A DNA stretch of 64,000 nt from Neocallimastix sp. 'constans'. Its lineage: Eukaryota. Below, in pieces: positions 1 to 14,944 of this stretch. How positions within the stretch are numbered: the first letter of the stretch is position 1; each line of letters opens with the position of its first letter. The notes under the pieces are model-generated. The model saw only the letters and a program-made list of their open reading frames with translations, made no database searches and was not told the origin of the DNA. Both the position numbers and the translations under genes were made by a program. Location of the stretch: assembly GCA_050613775.1 (NCBI GenBank), contig JBODTK010000117.1, forward strand, positions 124,001-188,000. Direction: 5' to 3'.

Positions 1-1345
1 TTTTTATTTATATTAAATATCTTTATATTTTTATCTAATTTTATATTATTAATATTAAACTTCATTATTTTATTTTATATCTAAAATATTAATTCTTTCA
101 ATTACACTAAACATTAATATTTAACATTTAAAATATTTTAGATATAAAATTAAAAAAAAAAAAAATAAATGTAAACTATTAATATTTAGTATAATTGATT
201 ATTTAAAACTAGTTTAAATCCTTGATTAATTCTTTGAAGGATTATCGTTCATAAAAAATTATAGTAATAATTATATAATAATGTAACTAAATATCTATTT
301 TATTTTAATCAAATTTTAAATAAACCTTTAAATAATAATTTCATAATCAAATGGTTCTTTTAAAATATTTAAATAATTGGACGTCTTGACCAATTACTTA
401 GTACAGAGAGCACTTAATCTATGAGAGGATTAATTTAGTTGTCCCTCTTTCAATGATGGCTCAAGAGATCACTGAAAAGAACCCTGTTGATTAAAGCGGT
501 GTATAAGGAAATGTCTTTTCATATTACCCTTGTTTAGAGAGAGGTCCACGTCGACACAGAAATTAAAAAAAAAAAAATATTTATTTATATTTTAATAATA
601 TCAATAATCAAATTATTTTTTCAAAATTTTACAATATAAACTAGCATAGAATATCTTTTAATTCATTTTACAAATATATACTATAATCTAAGAAGGGTCA
701 TTAATATAATACATAAAAAGTTAACTTTTATCCTCTACTTTCTAATATGTATTAATAGTTTTTCTTTTATATTTGTAGTGTATAACTTTTTTTTATATTA
801 TTTATATTTCACTTTACTATTTATAGAATAAATAAAATGTACCGAATTAATAATTATAAATGATTAATGAATATATTAACTAAAGTAAAAAATAAATAAA
901 AATAAATAAAAAAAAATTAATGATTTTAGTTTAGAATAAAAATTAACTAAAAAAAAAAAAAAATAAAAATTCATTAATTAATAAATTTCATATAAAATAA
1001 GATTTACACAAAATAAGTTTAATTTAATAATAAAAATGATGATGAATAATTAAATTAATTTAAATTAGATTAAATTATAATAACTATAAATTAAATTAAA
1101 TTAAAAAAATTAATTCATAATTCTGTTTATTATAATATTAGAATTAGAAGTAAAATTAAAAAAAAAAAAAAAAAAAAGAAAAATTAGATGTTAATTATTA
1201 ATTGTTATTTCAAAATATATTAGATATATTAATTATTTATTACTTTGTTATATGATTCAATTCAATTCACCAATTCCTATATTCCTTCTCTTTATGTCAC
1301 TTTAATGTTGATATTAAAAAATTTTTTTTTTAATCTACATACAAT

Positions 1346-1520
1346 ATGTAGAAATGATGGAATTACATTGTAAATTTTAATTTTATATAATATATATAAT
1401 ATATAATGTAGAGAAATGATGGAATTCATGTAAAATTTAATTTATGTAATATATGAACGAATATAATTATAATATGTAAAGAAAACAGAATTGCAATATA
1501 AAATTTAATTATATGCATAT
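1346..1520. repeat. Degenerate tandem repeat, about 3 copies of a ~62-bp unit
   Basis: atgtagaaatgatggaattacattgtaaattttaatttt-like unit at about 1346 and 1407, more diverged at about 1474. Confidence 0.65.
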
Positions 1521-2454
1521 AATTAGAATAGATAGAAAATATAAATAGATTGAATAATTAACAAAAAAAAATAATTCAAATTCAAATAAATTAATAAAAC
1601 AAATACATAAATTTTAATATTATTTTTAATTTAGATAAAAAAAAAAAAAAAGATATATTTATATTTATTTTATATTTAATAATTATTAAATCATGGATAG
1701 AACATTTTTTTTATGTTTTTATTATTATTATTTTTTTTAAAAAAAAAAAAAATACAAAATACAGAAATGAATTTATCAAACAACAATCCGCTTAAAAAAA
1801 AAAAAAAAAAAAAAAAAAAGAAAATTAAATAAAATAAAAAAAAATTATAAATTACATTAATAAAAAGTATCAAATTAATTTTTAAGCTAATCATGCTATT
1901 GTTATATAATACTATTAAAAATCATTATTGAAGCTAATTACAGAAAAAAGTTTTATTAATATTTAATAAAATGAAAAAAAAAAGTTTTTTCATCAATTTT
2001 TGCCATAAAATAATATACAAACTTTTTTTTTTGGAGTTTTCTTTTTAAACAAAAAAAAAATATAATTTTATATTAAACTGTATAATATGAAATAAATAGG
2101 AAGCTCAGTAACTGTTTTAGTATTGTTTTACCAGTACATTAATCCTTTTTTTTTTTTTTTCAATTGATTTATAAATTTAATATTAATTGTATAAGAAAAA
2201 TAATCTTTTTTTTTTTTTTAAATAATTATAATTATCAATATTAATAACATTAAAAATAGTACTAATGATATATTTAATATATTTTTTTCCATTGTATCTT
2301 GTATATTTTAATTTATTAGTATTATTTTTTTTTTTATTCATAAAGTTTAAAACAATATTATTAATATTATTAATATAGAAAAAATTCTTTTTTTCTCCTT
2401 TTTTTTTTTTTAAAAAAAAAAAACCACCCTAATTTTAATAAAAAAATTTTTTAA

Positions 2455-2790
2455 TAAATAATAATAAATATTAAATAATAAATAATTGAATAATAAATAA
2501 TAAATAATTGAATAATAATAAATAATAAATAATAAATAATAAATAATAAATAAATAATAAATAATAAATAATAAATAATAAATAATAAATAATAAATAAT
2601 AAATAATTAAAAATACATAATAATAAATAATAAATAATAAATAATAAATAATAAATAAGTAATAAGTAATAATAAAAAGAGTATTTATTAATAAATAATA
2701 AATAACAAATAATAAATAATAGTAAATAATAAATAATTAATTAATTGAATAATAAATAACAAATAATAAATAATAGTAATAAAGAAAAAT
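2455..2790. repeat. (AATAAAT)n heptamer minisatellite
   Basis: Many tandem aataaat units with aattgaat variants. Confidence 0.85.
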
Positions 2791-3664
2791 AAATATTAAA
2801 TTGAAAAAAGAGTATTGGAATAACAAACTTTTTTTTTTTTATATATTTCTGTTTTTATTTGCCATTTATTAAAATCATTCCAAATTTGGAATTTCCATGA
2901 TATATATTGAAATTTTTAATATATCTATATTTGTTCATGTCATAATGGATAAACAAGAAATTGAAACTTTTTCCTAATTTTAAAACAATATTCTTTGGCT
3001 GTAAAAAAAAAATAAAGTGTTGATGCTTATATTAATCTATCTAAATCATGGAATTCTATATTAATTAAAGTTATCTCTACGATTTAATAAATATATACAT
3101 TTTTTTGTATTACACTATTTAGAAAGTACTACTTACAACATTTCATTTATTAATTGAAATAATACAAAAAAAAAAATTTTTTTTTTTTTAAATTATTTTT
3201 ATAACATATTTGATTATTAAATCCGTTTAATAGTTACTTTTGGGAGAATTTTTATTTAGTTTTCTTATTTAATATTTTTGTTTGTTAATAACTCTTCTCT
3301 ATAATTATTTCACAATACTTATTAAAAAACTTTTTAAATTCTTATATTGATATAAATGATATGGTTGTTTGATTGTATTTGTATGTCATTTTAGCATTGA
3401 TTTATCATAAAATATATATGATTTCGATAATTGTTTTGATATAGTTTTGAATAATATTTGCATAGTTTTAGGCATAATAATTTCATTTATAATAATTATT
3501 CTTTTTTTTTATAATAATTACTAATTATAAAGTTAAATAAATTTATAAATAGGAAATATTAATTTTATTATAGCGATATAATTAAAAATATAAAGTCATA
3601 CTATTAGTAATATATTAAAAAGCAATTCAATATTTAGAAAATATAAATTATAAAATAAATAACC

Positions 3665-4100
3665 AATATTTTTCACAGTTTTATGTTGTTATGTGATTTT
3701 ATATTTAATATTTAATATTATTATCAGCCACAATTATTAAGTTATATTTTTTTTAACATAAATATTAATATACTTATAATTTTTATATAATTTTTATATT
3801 TATTAAAGTTTTTATTTATATTTTATATTATAATATTATAATATTAAAAATACTATAAAAATATTTCATATTTCATACTAATAATTAAAAAAATGTAAGA
3901 AAATAAAGTGATAAATAAATAATTAATGTTCTTCATAGTTTTATGCTGTAGTGTGATTTCATATTGTAATATATTAGCCACAATTATAAATTTTATATTT
4001 GATTTGTCTTTACCATAAATATAAATATATTTAAGTTTTTTAATATAAATTAATTTTTATATTTATTAAAGTTTGTATTTATATTTTATATCATATTACT
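3665..4100. repeat. Diverged tandem duplication, period about 260 bp
   Basis: ttcacagttttatgttgttatgtgatt...agccacaattat at about 3672 recurs as ttcatagttttatgctgtagtgtgatt...agccacaattat at about 3932; similarity continues for about 170 bp. Confidence 0.75.
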
Positions 4101-4649
4101 CTAATTATATATTTATTATTTATTTATTATATATTTAATATATGATAGTATATTTAATAAATAATATATTATATATATATACTTTTTTTTTTAAAAAATA
4201 TTTAAATATTTATAAATGAATGTTTTTTTTTATTTTTATAAATTAATTAATATATTTTTATCCTATAGGAGAAACATTTGTGTAATGTATGAATATCACT
4301 TTAATAGAAATTTTCATAAATGAAAAAATATATGAATAATAGGATTATTCTTAATAGATTTAATATAAATTCTAATTCAACCACTTCTGTTTAATATATT
4401 TATAATATCTTTTTTTTTTTTTTTTAAAAAATATATATATATTTTTTTTTGAAAAAAAAAAAAAAAAAAAAAAAAAGAATAAAATAAAATATTTTATTAA
4501 ACAATATTTAAAACAATAGAAATTATCAATGGAAAAAAAAATAAATAATATTATTTATTATTTTTAATTTAAATAACTATCAAATATTATATTCAGAGAA
4601 AAATAATTTAAAATGTAAAATAATATCTTATTTAAAATATATTAATTAA

Positions 4650-4965
4650 ATAATAAATAATAAATTATAAATGATAAATAATAAATAAATAATAAATAAT
4701 TGAATAATCAATAATAAATAATTAAATAATCAATAATCAATAAACAATAATAAATAAATAATAAATAATAAATAATAAATAATAAATAATAAATAATGAA
4801 TAATAAATAATGAATAATAAATAATAAATAATGAATAATAAATAATAAATAATAAATAATAAAATAATAAATAATAAATAATAAATAATAAATAATAAAT
4901 AATAAATAATAAATAATAAATAATAAATAATAAATAATAATAATAATAATTGAATAATAAATAAA
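4650..4965. repeat. (AATAAAT)n heptamer minisatellite
   Basis: Same unit and variants as 2455-2790. Confidence 0.85.
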
Positions 4966-6861
4966 ATTTTATTAAAATAATAATTATTTTTTGTTATTTA
5001 ATATAATTTTTTTTTTTTAAAAAAAAAAAAACTATCCATATGGATTAAATTACTCTTGTTGTACTGTACTTTGGAGTCACATGGATAATTATGGGACATG
5101 GCAATATAGACTACAGTAGAAACTAGGGTTCTATTTCTCCATACAGTATATGCCATCAATAATTAATTATTTTTATTCCTGAGGTATTAAGTTGTCGTAA
5201 TACTCATTAATAAAATTATTTACTCTTATATTTTATTTAAGGATTATTAAATAGAGGGATAAAATATAAATTATAAGAGTTTTTCAGAGTTGGTTGTGAA
5301 ATGGTACTTTTTTGACCATAAATAAGGAGAATAAAAATATCAGTAATAGAATTAAGTATTGATATTGGTTAAGAAATGATTATAGTTAAATCGATATGCT
5401 AAGGATCTTTATTAATAAGGTCAGATTAGCCTTTAAGAAAAGGACTTTATTAAGAGAAGTCTCTTTATTTATTTATATTGGTTAATAATTATGTACTATT
5501 CATATCATTTGTAATGAGTTAGTTTTTATTAGGTCTCTTTATTCATTTATATTTATTAATAATAAAGTATTAAGTATTATATCATTTAAAATGAATTAGC
5601 TGTTATTACTTTTACATATTCTTAATCTAATTAACTTTACCTTCTTTATAAAAAAAAAAAAAAAAAAAAAAATTAAAGTATAATTATTATTATTTCATTA
5701 TTGATTACTATACCAAATTTAGTATATTATTAATTTAATCATTTGGTGTTTAATTAAAGCTCTATAATCATCAGTTCTAAACTATACAATTTATCAATTT
5801 AAACTTTTTAAACTCACAATGATGATTAAACATCATTTTTAGTTTTATATATAATGAGAAACCTCATTATTTTAATTATTATTATTATCTAATAAAAAAT
5901 ACCATTGAAAAAAAAAAAAATCTTCATATATTAATAATGAAAAATTCTTAAAGTATTATTAAAAATTATTAAAATATAATTATATATGAAATTTTTTTTT
6001 CTTCCTTTCCTTTCCTTTCTTTTTTCTTTTTTTTTTTTTTAAAAAAAAAAAAATTAACATAAGTAATCTATTCTTTAATTAAAATTTAAAGCTTTAAAAA
6101 AGGTAATATGAATTTTCAAATCTAATAATAAAAAAAAATAATAAAAATTAAAAATATTTATATGAGAAAATATATATATAAAAAAAATTAAAAAAAAATT
6201 TTTTTCAAATTATTAAACTTTTATTAAAGTACCAAAGTTTCATTTTATTTATATAAAATATAATTTAAAGAAAAAAAAATAATGGAAAGATTATACCAAA
6301 GTATAAAAGATTAGACTAAAATACTAATAATATATTTTTGTAATAAAATGATTTAAATAATAATTAAAAAAATTTTTTTTTTAACTCTTTTATGTCATTT
6401 TTTTTTTTTAATAATATTTATATTTTTTCTTTTCAAAAATAAATATTTATAATTAATAAATTAAAAGAAGATTAATAGATTCATATATTTTTATTTTTGT
6501 GTAATATTAACAAATTGTAATTCATAAATGAGATGATATATATATATTTTTTTTCTTTTAAATAAAAATAAAAAATTAATATATAATTTAAACTCATACG
6601 TTTTTATTATTTTAGTGTTTTTCATACTTATACATAATGAAAAATTAATTTGGGATAAAAAATTAAGGTAAATATAGTTTCATTATAAATCCACTATACA
6701 ATAATACAAAGCAATAATATATGTAATAAAGGGCAGAAAATAAAAACTTTAAAAACATTTTCTTGTCATTTTAATTAATCTTTGTTATTTTATTAATAAA
6801 TGATCCTATATATATTAAATATTTAGAGTTATTTGATTTTATTTTGAGAGCAATATTTAAT

Positions 6862-6927
<66 letters not shown>

Positions 6928-7668
6928 TTTTTTTCTCCCTTTTCAATTTTTTTTTAAAAAATAATATTTATTCAATAAATATCTATTTAAATGAATAAAT
7001 ATTATTTTAAATAAAGGATTTTTTTCATTTTGTCTTCTTACTTTTTTCTTATAAGTAGAAATAATTGCTTAATTAACAATTATTTCTAAATATTAAATAT
7101 ATATTAAATCCATTTGACATTAAAATAAAAAGTATTAATATATAATACTTTAATTATTTTTTATATTCAAAATAAAAAAAAATTGATTATTAAGTAGAGA
7201 GTATTATTATATAATATATACATTTATTTTTTCTTTCTTTTTTTTTTCATTAAAATATTTCAAGAAAGCTAATTTAAAACTCAATACTCATTATTAATAT
7301 CATGCTATTAAAATCATTTAAATAATAATAAAAAAAAAATTCATTATCAAAAAATATATCATTAAATACAATCAATACATAGATACTTGTAGTTTCTAAA
7401 TATTATTATAAACATCTTTTTACTTATTTTAATTAAATTAAAATTGTAAATAACATGGCTTAAGATCTGCTAAATTAAATTTCCTTAAATAGACAGATTA
7501 AATTAAAAAAAAAAAAAAGTATTATTAAACATTAATATTACAATTATTATATAATTATTATATATGTACATATAATAAATTAGGAAAAAAAATTTTTTTT
7601 TTTTATTTTATTTTTTAGTTAATCGTAATGATATTTATATGAATATAGATTTTTTTTCTTTTTTAGAA

Positions 7669-7704
<36 letters not shown>

Positions 7705-7927
7705 TTAAAAACTCTATATATTTAAATTTTTTAATAATAAAATATGTAATAATGATATTGATAAATGAAATTATACTATTTAATATTATTAATAATTATT
7801 GGATTACTCATTTTTATGAATTTATATTGTTTTTTTTATATTAGGTATTATAATTGAAATAATTAATTAATAATTAATAATAATAAAATAAAATAAAATA
7901 AAATAAAGTAAAATAAAATAAAATAAA

Positions 7928-7958
<31 letters not shown>

Positions 7959-8542
7959 CAGGAATTCATTGTAGTATTAACGGCACACTTTGATTTATCA
8001 ATATATAAATTATATATGTTTAATTAACTTTTTATTTTATAAATATAATTATTGTTTTTTTTTTTTTTTTTTTTTTTTTTTATTAACCGAACTTTTTATA
8101 AATTTTATAAAATATAAATAGAAGATCTTTAAAAAAAATAAAACATATATTAAATAATTTATCCATATATAAAATTATAATTTTATGAATGATATTTAAA
8201 TTTATAAAAAAAAAAGGTTATATATGATTTTTTTTTTATTTTATGGTTTCAGCGTTTTGAATACTTGTTGATCCTCTTAATATTAATAATTAATAATATT
8301 ATCATTATATATTTATTCTATTTACTATATAAAACATATATATATATACATCCTATTATAAAATATTATTTCTATTTTTGTTCAAATCTTTTGATTTTTA
8401 ATAATTTATCTAATTAATCTAATTAATCATATTATTAAAGAGCCTCTTTATTTTTATTATTATTATTATTATTATAATTATATTTCATTTAATTTATATT
8501 AATTTTCTTTTAATATCTGTTTGTACTAAAATAAACAAACAA

Positions 8543-8582
<40 letters not shown>

Positions 8583-8972
8583 AAAAATTAATAATAATAC
8601 AAAATAATAATAAAACATAATAATAAAGCATAATAATAAAAAAAAAAAAATAAAAATATAATCATATGTATATTATTTTACTTTCTATCTTTCTTTTATT
8701 ATTTTTTTTTTGTCATTATAAATTAATGTATTTATTCAAAGAATTTTCATGTTTTAACTTTATTTTCATTTTAATTAATTAATTAAACAATTAATTAAAA
8801 TATTATTAATATATATATATATACAAATACTTATAGGCGACTTATTCTATTTCTTATCTATTATTTTATTTTATTTATTTATTTATTTTTATTATTATTT
8901 TTTTTTATTTTATTTTAGTTTATCAACTACTAATATTATATTGAAAATATTATAAATAAACAAACAAACAAA

Positions 8973-9011
<39 letters not shown>

Positions 9012-9069
9012 ATTATTTAATAAATTATTTAATAAATAAATATATTCAATGAATAAATAAATAATAAAA

Positions 9070-12000
9070 TGTAAAAATGGGTTTTATAAGAAATGTTCAT
9101 TAATGTCTTAATAATAACTATCCTTAAATTTACAATTAAAGTAAAAGTATATTCTATTTATACTAGAAATACTGTGTTTAATACATATGATTTTACTTAA
9201 TGTATATTCATATTAATTTAATCTAACATTAATTTTATATCATAAATTTCTACTTCTAATATTTCCTCCTTAAACTTGATTTTCTGTTTAAACAAAAATC
9301 TAGTTTGCTTCATTGAAGTTTAAATTTATTTGGTTTTAAAATATGTATATGCCGACATTGATGATTTTTACATACAATACTATTTTTGTCACTTCATTAT
9401 TTTATATATGAAGACTTCTTGTCCCATTTTAATATTTTAGTTTGCTTTTTTGCTTAGTAATAACTATTTGATATACTTTATGGTTTAACATTAATCTTAT
9501 TTTACAAAGGTTAACATACTTGTTCGTCTATATTTATTTAACATATTTTTATATCCTGGAGTAATGTTTTATCTTCTTGCAATTTATATTAGTTTAGAAG
9601 ATTAGTAGTCCTTTAATTCCAGTGATTAAAGCTAACGTAATTCTATAGATTTTATTTCTTTTAAATTTTTGATAAAGAGTCTTTTGCAATTATCTTGTTA
9701 AAATCCTTCATTACGTATCAGCTTCGCCTTTACTCAGTTGATAAGAGTCAGGAAGGTCTTAATCTGTTAAGAGTCAAGAATTTAGGATTTATAATTATAT
9801 CAACTTTATTAATATATTTTATGATATAGAGTTCTTAACACTTAATTCTTCTAAATTAAATGTATTTTTTTTTTTTTTTTTTTTTTTTCCTTTATTATTA
9901 CATTGTACCTTGTACATTATATACATTAAAATTTGTTTCAATACATTTGAATCACATTTCTCCTATTTCATATATTCTAACGTTTCTTCTTGAATCTAAT
10001 TATTTCAATAATGAATACACTGGTTTAACTGGTGAATATATACATATAAAAATATATTATTTCATAATATTAGTTTGATATTATTAAACTATTAGTTATT
10101 TCTTTTCTATTCTAAATTTAATTTTAATTTTACATAAATAAAATAATTTCTTTTTTTTACGTTATATTAATTCTTTAATTCGATTGAAATATATTTGTAA
10201 TCTAGTTGTTTCTCCCCCTAAAACGAAGTATTTAAAATTATTACACCATTAATATTGGATGTATCTAAGACAACTCTTATAATATATGGCTTATATATAC
10301 TATTTATATGATGGAAACCTTTCACTTGGGAGAGTGATATTATACCATCTCAATTGGTTTAAATGTGAATACCTCTTATATATTGAGGTTTTTATATCAC
10401 TTTCAATTATAATCTATTTTGAACATTAGCGGTAACTTTTTTTTTATATTGGCATTCGCTTTGTAGTTTCAGCAACGACTATTATTGTAAATTGTTTATT
10501 ATATATTGGTGTACTTAATAAATCATCCTCTAGAGGTATTAGAATTAATTACATGTATAACTAATTATATTATTTAAGCTAGTTAAACTTATTTGCAAAT
10601 AATGTAAATTGCTTCATAATTTATTATGATTTAATATTTCGATTAATTTCTTCATGTAGACCAAGTTTTTTTTTTTTTTTTTTTTTTTTACTAATTTTCT
10701 CTATTTAGCCTATTTTTATTTATTTCTAAAATAAATATGATTTTTTTTAAACAATAAGCACAAAGAATCAGTTTTAAGTATCTTTCTTTTAATATTTATA
10801 TATATTCTTTTATTTTATATTGCTTATTCCCCTTCCCCTTTCTAAAAGGATTTTATTTCATTGAATTTTTATTTTAGTCGTCATTATCATTATTAATGAC
10901 AGAAGTTTAAAAATTATAATTTCTTGAATACTTTACAATTCATAGGTAGTGTTGGTTGAAGGATAAACGTCATCTATTAGCATAGAACTCATGGTTATAT
11001 TTATTACTTTAAAAAAATACCTTTCATCATAAAAGGCTTGTTCTATGATTATATTAAATTAGTTATTGTCTAAACCCGTTTCAAACTTGGTTTAAACGTA
11101 CATTAATACTACAATGATTGTTAGAGTGCCCCCATTTCACGCTTGGAATTATCATTCCATCGTATTTCCATTAAATATTTAGGATATTATATTTTAAATT
11201 ATTTTGTATGAGATCTTTAATAAGTAATCTCTTTCATTATTATTGTTATTATATATATATAGGTTGAGTATCTGTGTGTTTGATATATATTAATACGAAG
11301 TTAAAATAACTATTCTTTAAATAATATAATTTTGGAGTTGTAAATTTAAGGTTAGATATTAATGTATTAATAGACATTTATCATCAAAACCCATTTTTTA
11401 CCTTTTATTAGATTAAGAGTCTCACTAGTCTCTTAAAAAAGATTTTTAGATAAAGAATCGTTTGCCAGACACAATATTATATCGCAAAAAAAAAAAAAAA
11501 AAAAAAACATAAAAAAATAAATTGGAATTTTAAATTATGATAAAAATTACTCATTAATTTAATTTAAGGAAGACTAATAAAATTGATAGAACATTTGAAA
11601 TGATCAAGATTGCACAATGAGTAAAATATATTATAGTTGATAAAAGAGAATTACCACAAATAAAATAAAACTATGAAAATATAGAAATATTAATTCAACA
11701 GAAAACATGCTTAAGCATATATTAGAACAATATCCTATACATCTATAGAAACAATTTATAAAATTTTAGGTATTTAATAATGGACTATTAATTATACTCA
11801 AAGGAATCTACTCTGTGATAAACAATTTCCACCCATGAATATTACAAAATACAATTTTAATAATATCCATTACTTAACAAAGATTTAAACAATCCTATAG
11901 TAAACAATGGTTTTTGACAACTAAAATAAAATCAGTTCTATTGATATCAAAACTGTGACTAAATTTAGATATATGCTAATTTATTATTTATTGTATTATA

Positions 12001-12078
12001 TGATATGATTCCTATATAGTCATATTCATATTAATTTAACATTAATTCTATCTATATCATAAATTTCTACTTCTAACA
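9070..12078 (-). mobile_element. Decayed LTR retrotransposon (probably Ty1/Copia) with two ~180-190 bp LTRs
   Basis: Direct repeats at 9070-9261 and about 11899-12078 share atattcatattaatttaa...tatatcataaatttctacttctaa(t/c)a. On the minus strand the 5' LTR starts TGTTAGAAG, and a polypurine tract AAGGAGGAAA (9262-9271) abuts the 3' LTR. The interior is GC-richer but has no open frame. Confidence 0.6.
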
Positions 12079-12871
12079 ATAAATAAATAAATAAATAAAT
12101 ATAAAGTAATAATGAATATTAAAAGAATTAATGAACTCTAAATTATAAATTATAAAATTTTTATTATTACAATAACTATTCTATCATATTAATAATATTA
12201 AAAATTAGGTTAATTTGGATAGTTATATTTTGAAATTGATGATAAAAATTATATTAAAGTATTTATGGTAAAATAAATAAAATTAAATATAATAAAAATA
12301 AAAAACTTTTGGTTTCGTATATTTAATAGAGAACAAATTTCCTATGAAGCGATGTATATAAATTATTTTATATTTTTAAAAAATTTTTTTTTAAATTATT
12401 TTTATAATATTTTAATATATAAAAAAAAACTTTATTATTCTTCTCCTTATAATATTTGTATAAAATATAAAGAAAAAAAAAATAATACTGATATTCAATT
12501 TTTATATTAAATTTCTTCATCAACAATATCTTTTATCCTTTATAAATAAATAAATAAATAAATAAATAATAAATAAATAAATAAATTAATAAATAAATAA
12601 ATTAATGTTTGATTTCATTTATTACCCTTTTGGATTGTAGCTTTTTTTTTTTTTTTTTTTTATTATTATGGTCTATCTTTTAGTTCATAATTTAAATTTT
12701 TTTTTTTTTTTATTTATTTATTTATATTAATTTCATTTGCTATATTTTATGAATATTTAGTTATATATATAAAATGCATCTATATCAATGATATAAGAAA
12801 AAAAAATATTATTTTAATTATTAAATTTTTAGAAGTATTTAAATATAATTTATATTTATTTTTTATTCTTT

Positions 12872-12902
<31 letters not shown>

Positions 12903-13975
12903 GAAATATATTCATAAAGTTTAAAAATTTATTCAAGTTAAAAATTAATTTTATTAAAAATAATATCAAAAAAAAAAAAAAGTAATTAGATTTTTTTTTT
13001 ATCTATAATTCATATTACTAAAATTTATTATTAACTTAATATTTTAAGTTAAAAGAAAAAAATTAATACTATTTCATTCCATAATTCCATAATTATTGGT
13101 GGAGTGATCGATGATCTTAAAAATTAATACATCAATTGGATTAAATATAAAATTGGAGACAAAAATATATATATGTATTGAAAAAAATAAATAATTATAT
13201 ATACATATACTTTTTATATTAGAACCAACCTTTTTTATAAAAAACTATTAAATTATAAAAAATTTTATTTTTCATTTTTTTTTTTTAATAGGTCATTAAT
13301 ACAAATTTAATATTTTTTCTTTTTTTATTATTAAATATTAAAACAAATTAAAGAATTTTTATTTTTTATTATATTATTCATTTTTTTTTTTTTTTGAAAA
13401 TTTTATGAAAATAATATGTATGAAATTTCTTAAAGTATTTTTACTTATTACAAAAAAATTATTTTCTATTAATTCTGAAAAAAAAATTATTCTAAATACT
13501 TTTTTTTTTTTTTTTTTAAAAAAAATATATAAATTATTTAAGATATTGAAATAATAAAATTGAATAAAAATTTTTATAAAAGTATTTAAAAGTTGTTATA
13601 TATTAACAGGTAATAATTAATAATTAATAATTATTTTATCTATAGAAAAAATAAAAAAATATATTACTTAATATTTAAAATATATGTAAAATTATATTAA
13701 AAATTCTTGAGATTTTTATTCTAATAATTCTAATATTTTCATAATTAAATATTAGAATTAAAAATATCAAAAGTTTTTAAAAATGATAAATTATGAAAAG
13801 AATTAAAAATCTCAAAAGTTTTTAAAAATAATAAATTATGAAAATATTTAAATAATTTATAAATAATTTATAGATAATAATATTAATTATAAGATTTATC
13901 AATTTAAATAAGATATTATTTTTAAGAAAAAAAAATTTTTTTTTTTCCTTTTTTTTTTAACCATGAAAGATATAA

Positions 13976-14024
<49 letters not shown>

Positions 14025-14099
14025 TTTTTCATTATGCATTTAAATATAGTCAATGAACTTTCGTTACCATAAAATTTTTCATAAAATTTTTAAAATGAA

Positions 14100-14150
14100 C
14101 GCAAGTCATGTGACACTATTTTTTTTTTGATATAATCAAACCAATCAATA
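14100..14150 (+). promoter_or_regulatory. Candidate AspRS promoter elements: E-box-like GTCATGTGAC and a CCAAT box
   Basis: gtcatgtgac at 14105-14114 and aaccaatca at about 14139-14147, roughly 300 bp upstream of the ATG. Motif match only. Confidence 0.35.
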
Positions 14151-14435
14151 CTTGGTTTTCATAATCATTTTTAATGTAATGTACCGTCTATAGTATTAAA
14201 AAAAAAAAAAAAATCAATTGTATTTTTTTTTTTTTTTCTTTTTCTTTACAACACTTTAAATAAATATATATTTAGTAAGTTTTTTTTATATTAAAAATTT
14301 TAGTATTTATATTTACTGTTAAAAGTGAAATTATTTGTTATTTGCCATAATATCTAATAAAAATAATTATGATTATTAACTTCATTTATTTATTTATTTT
14401 TTTTTTAAATTGAATTTCAATATAAAAGATTAAAA

Positions 14436-14535
14436 ATGGCTGATCAAAAGAAGGAAAAAGTTTTCAAGGAGTAAATATCTTGGCGAGTCGTTTAAAATAT
14501 ATAAATATGTTTTATAATAAAAAATTTGTTATTAA

Positions 14536-14577
<42 letters not shown>

Positions 14578-14913
14578 TTTATTCTGTAAAAATTTTACAC
14601 ATACCCACACACACAAAAAAATAAAAAAAAAAAAAAAAACATAAAATTTGTTTATTGTTATATAAAATAGCGATGATGGAAATGTCATTACTAAGGAAGA
14701 ATTCCTTAAGTTAAAGAAGGCTAAGGCTGAAGCTGTTAAGGTACAATTCATACGTTTAAAATATTTTATTTTTTATTTTATAATATATTAATTCCTTTTT
14801 TTTTTTTTTTTTGATATTTTAATTTTTTTTCTTTTATAATTGTTATATTATTGAATTGAAAATTCAATATACATTAGGCCAGAAAGGTAAACAATTAATA
14901 TTCTATTATTATT

Positions 14914-14944
<31 letters not shown>

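Noticed and set aside
2860..3480. Possible decayed coding or transposase sequence
   Set aside because: Slightly higher complexity, but no open frame or motif I can assign.
5035..5640. Possible TE remnant with a ~73-bp internal duplication
   Set aside because: No diagnostic motif; family cannot be supported.
13695..13850. Imperfect inverted plus tandem repeat upstream of AspRS
   Set aside because: Short, mismatched and nearly all A/T, so it cannot be distinguished from slippage products.
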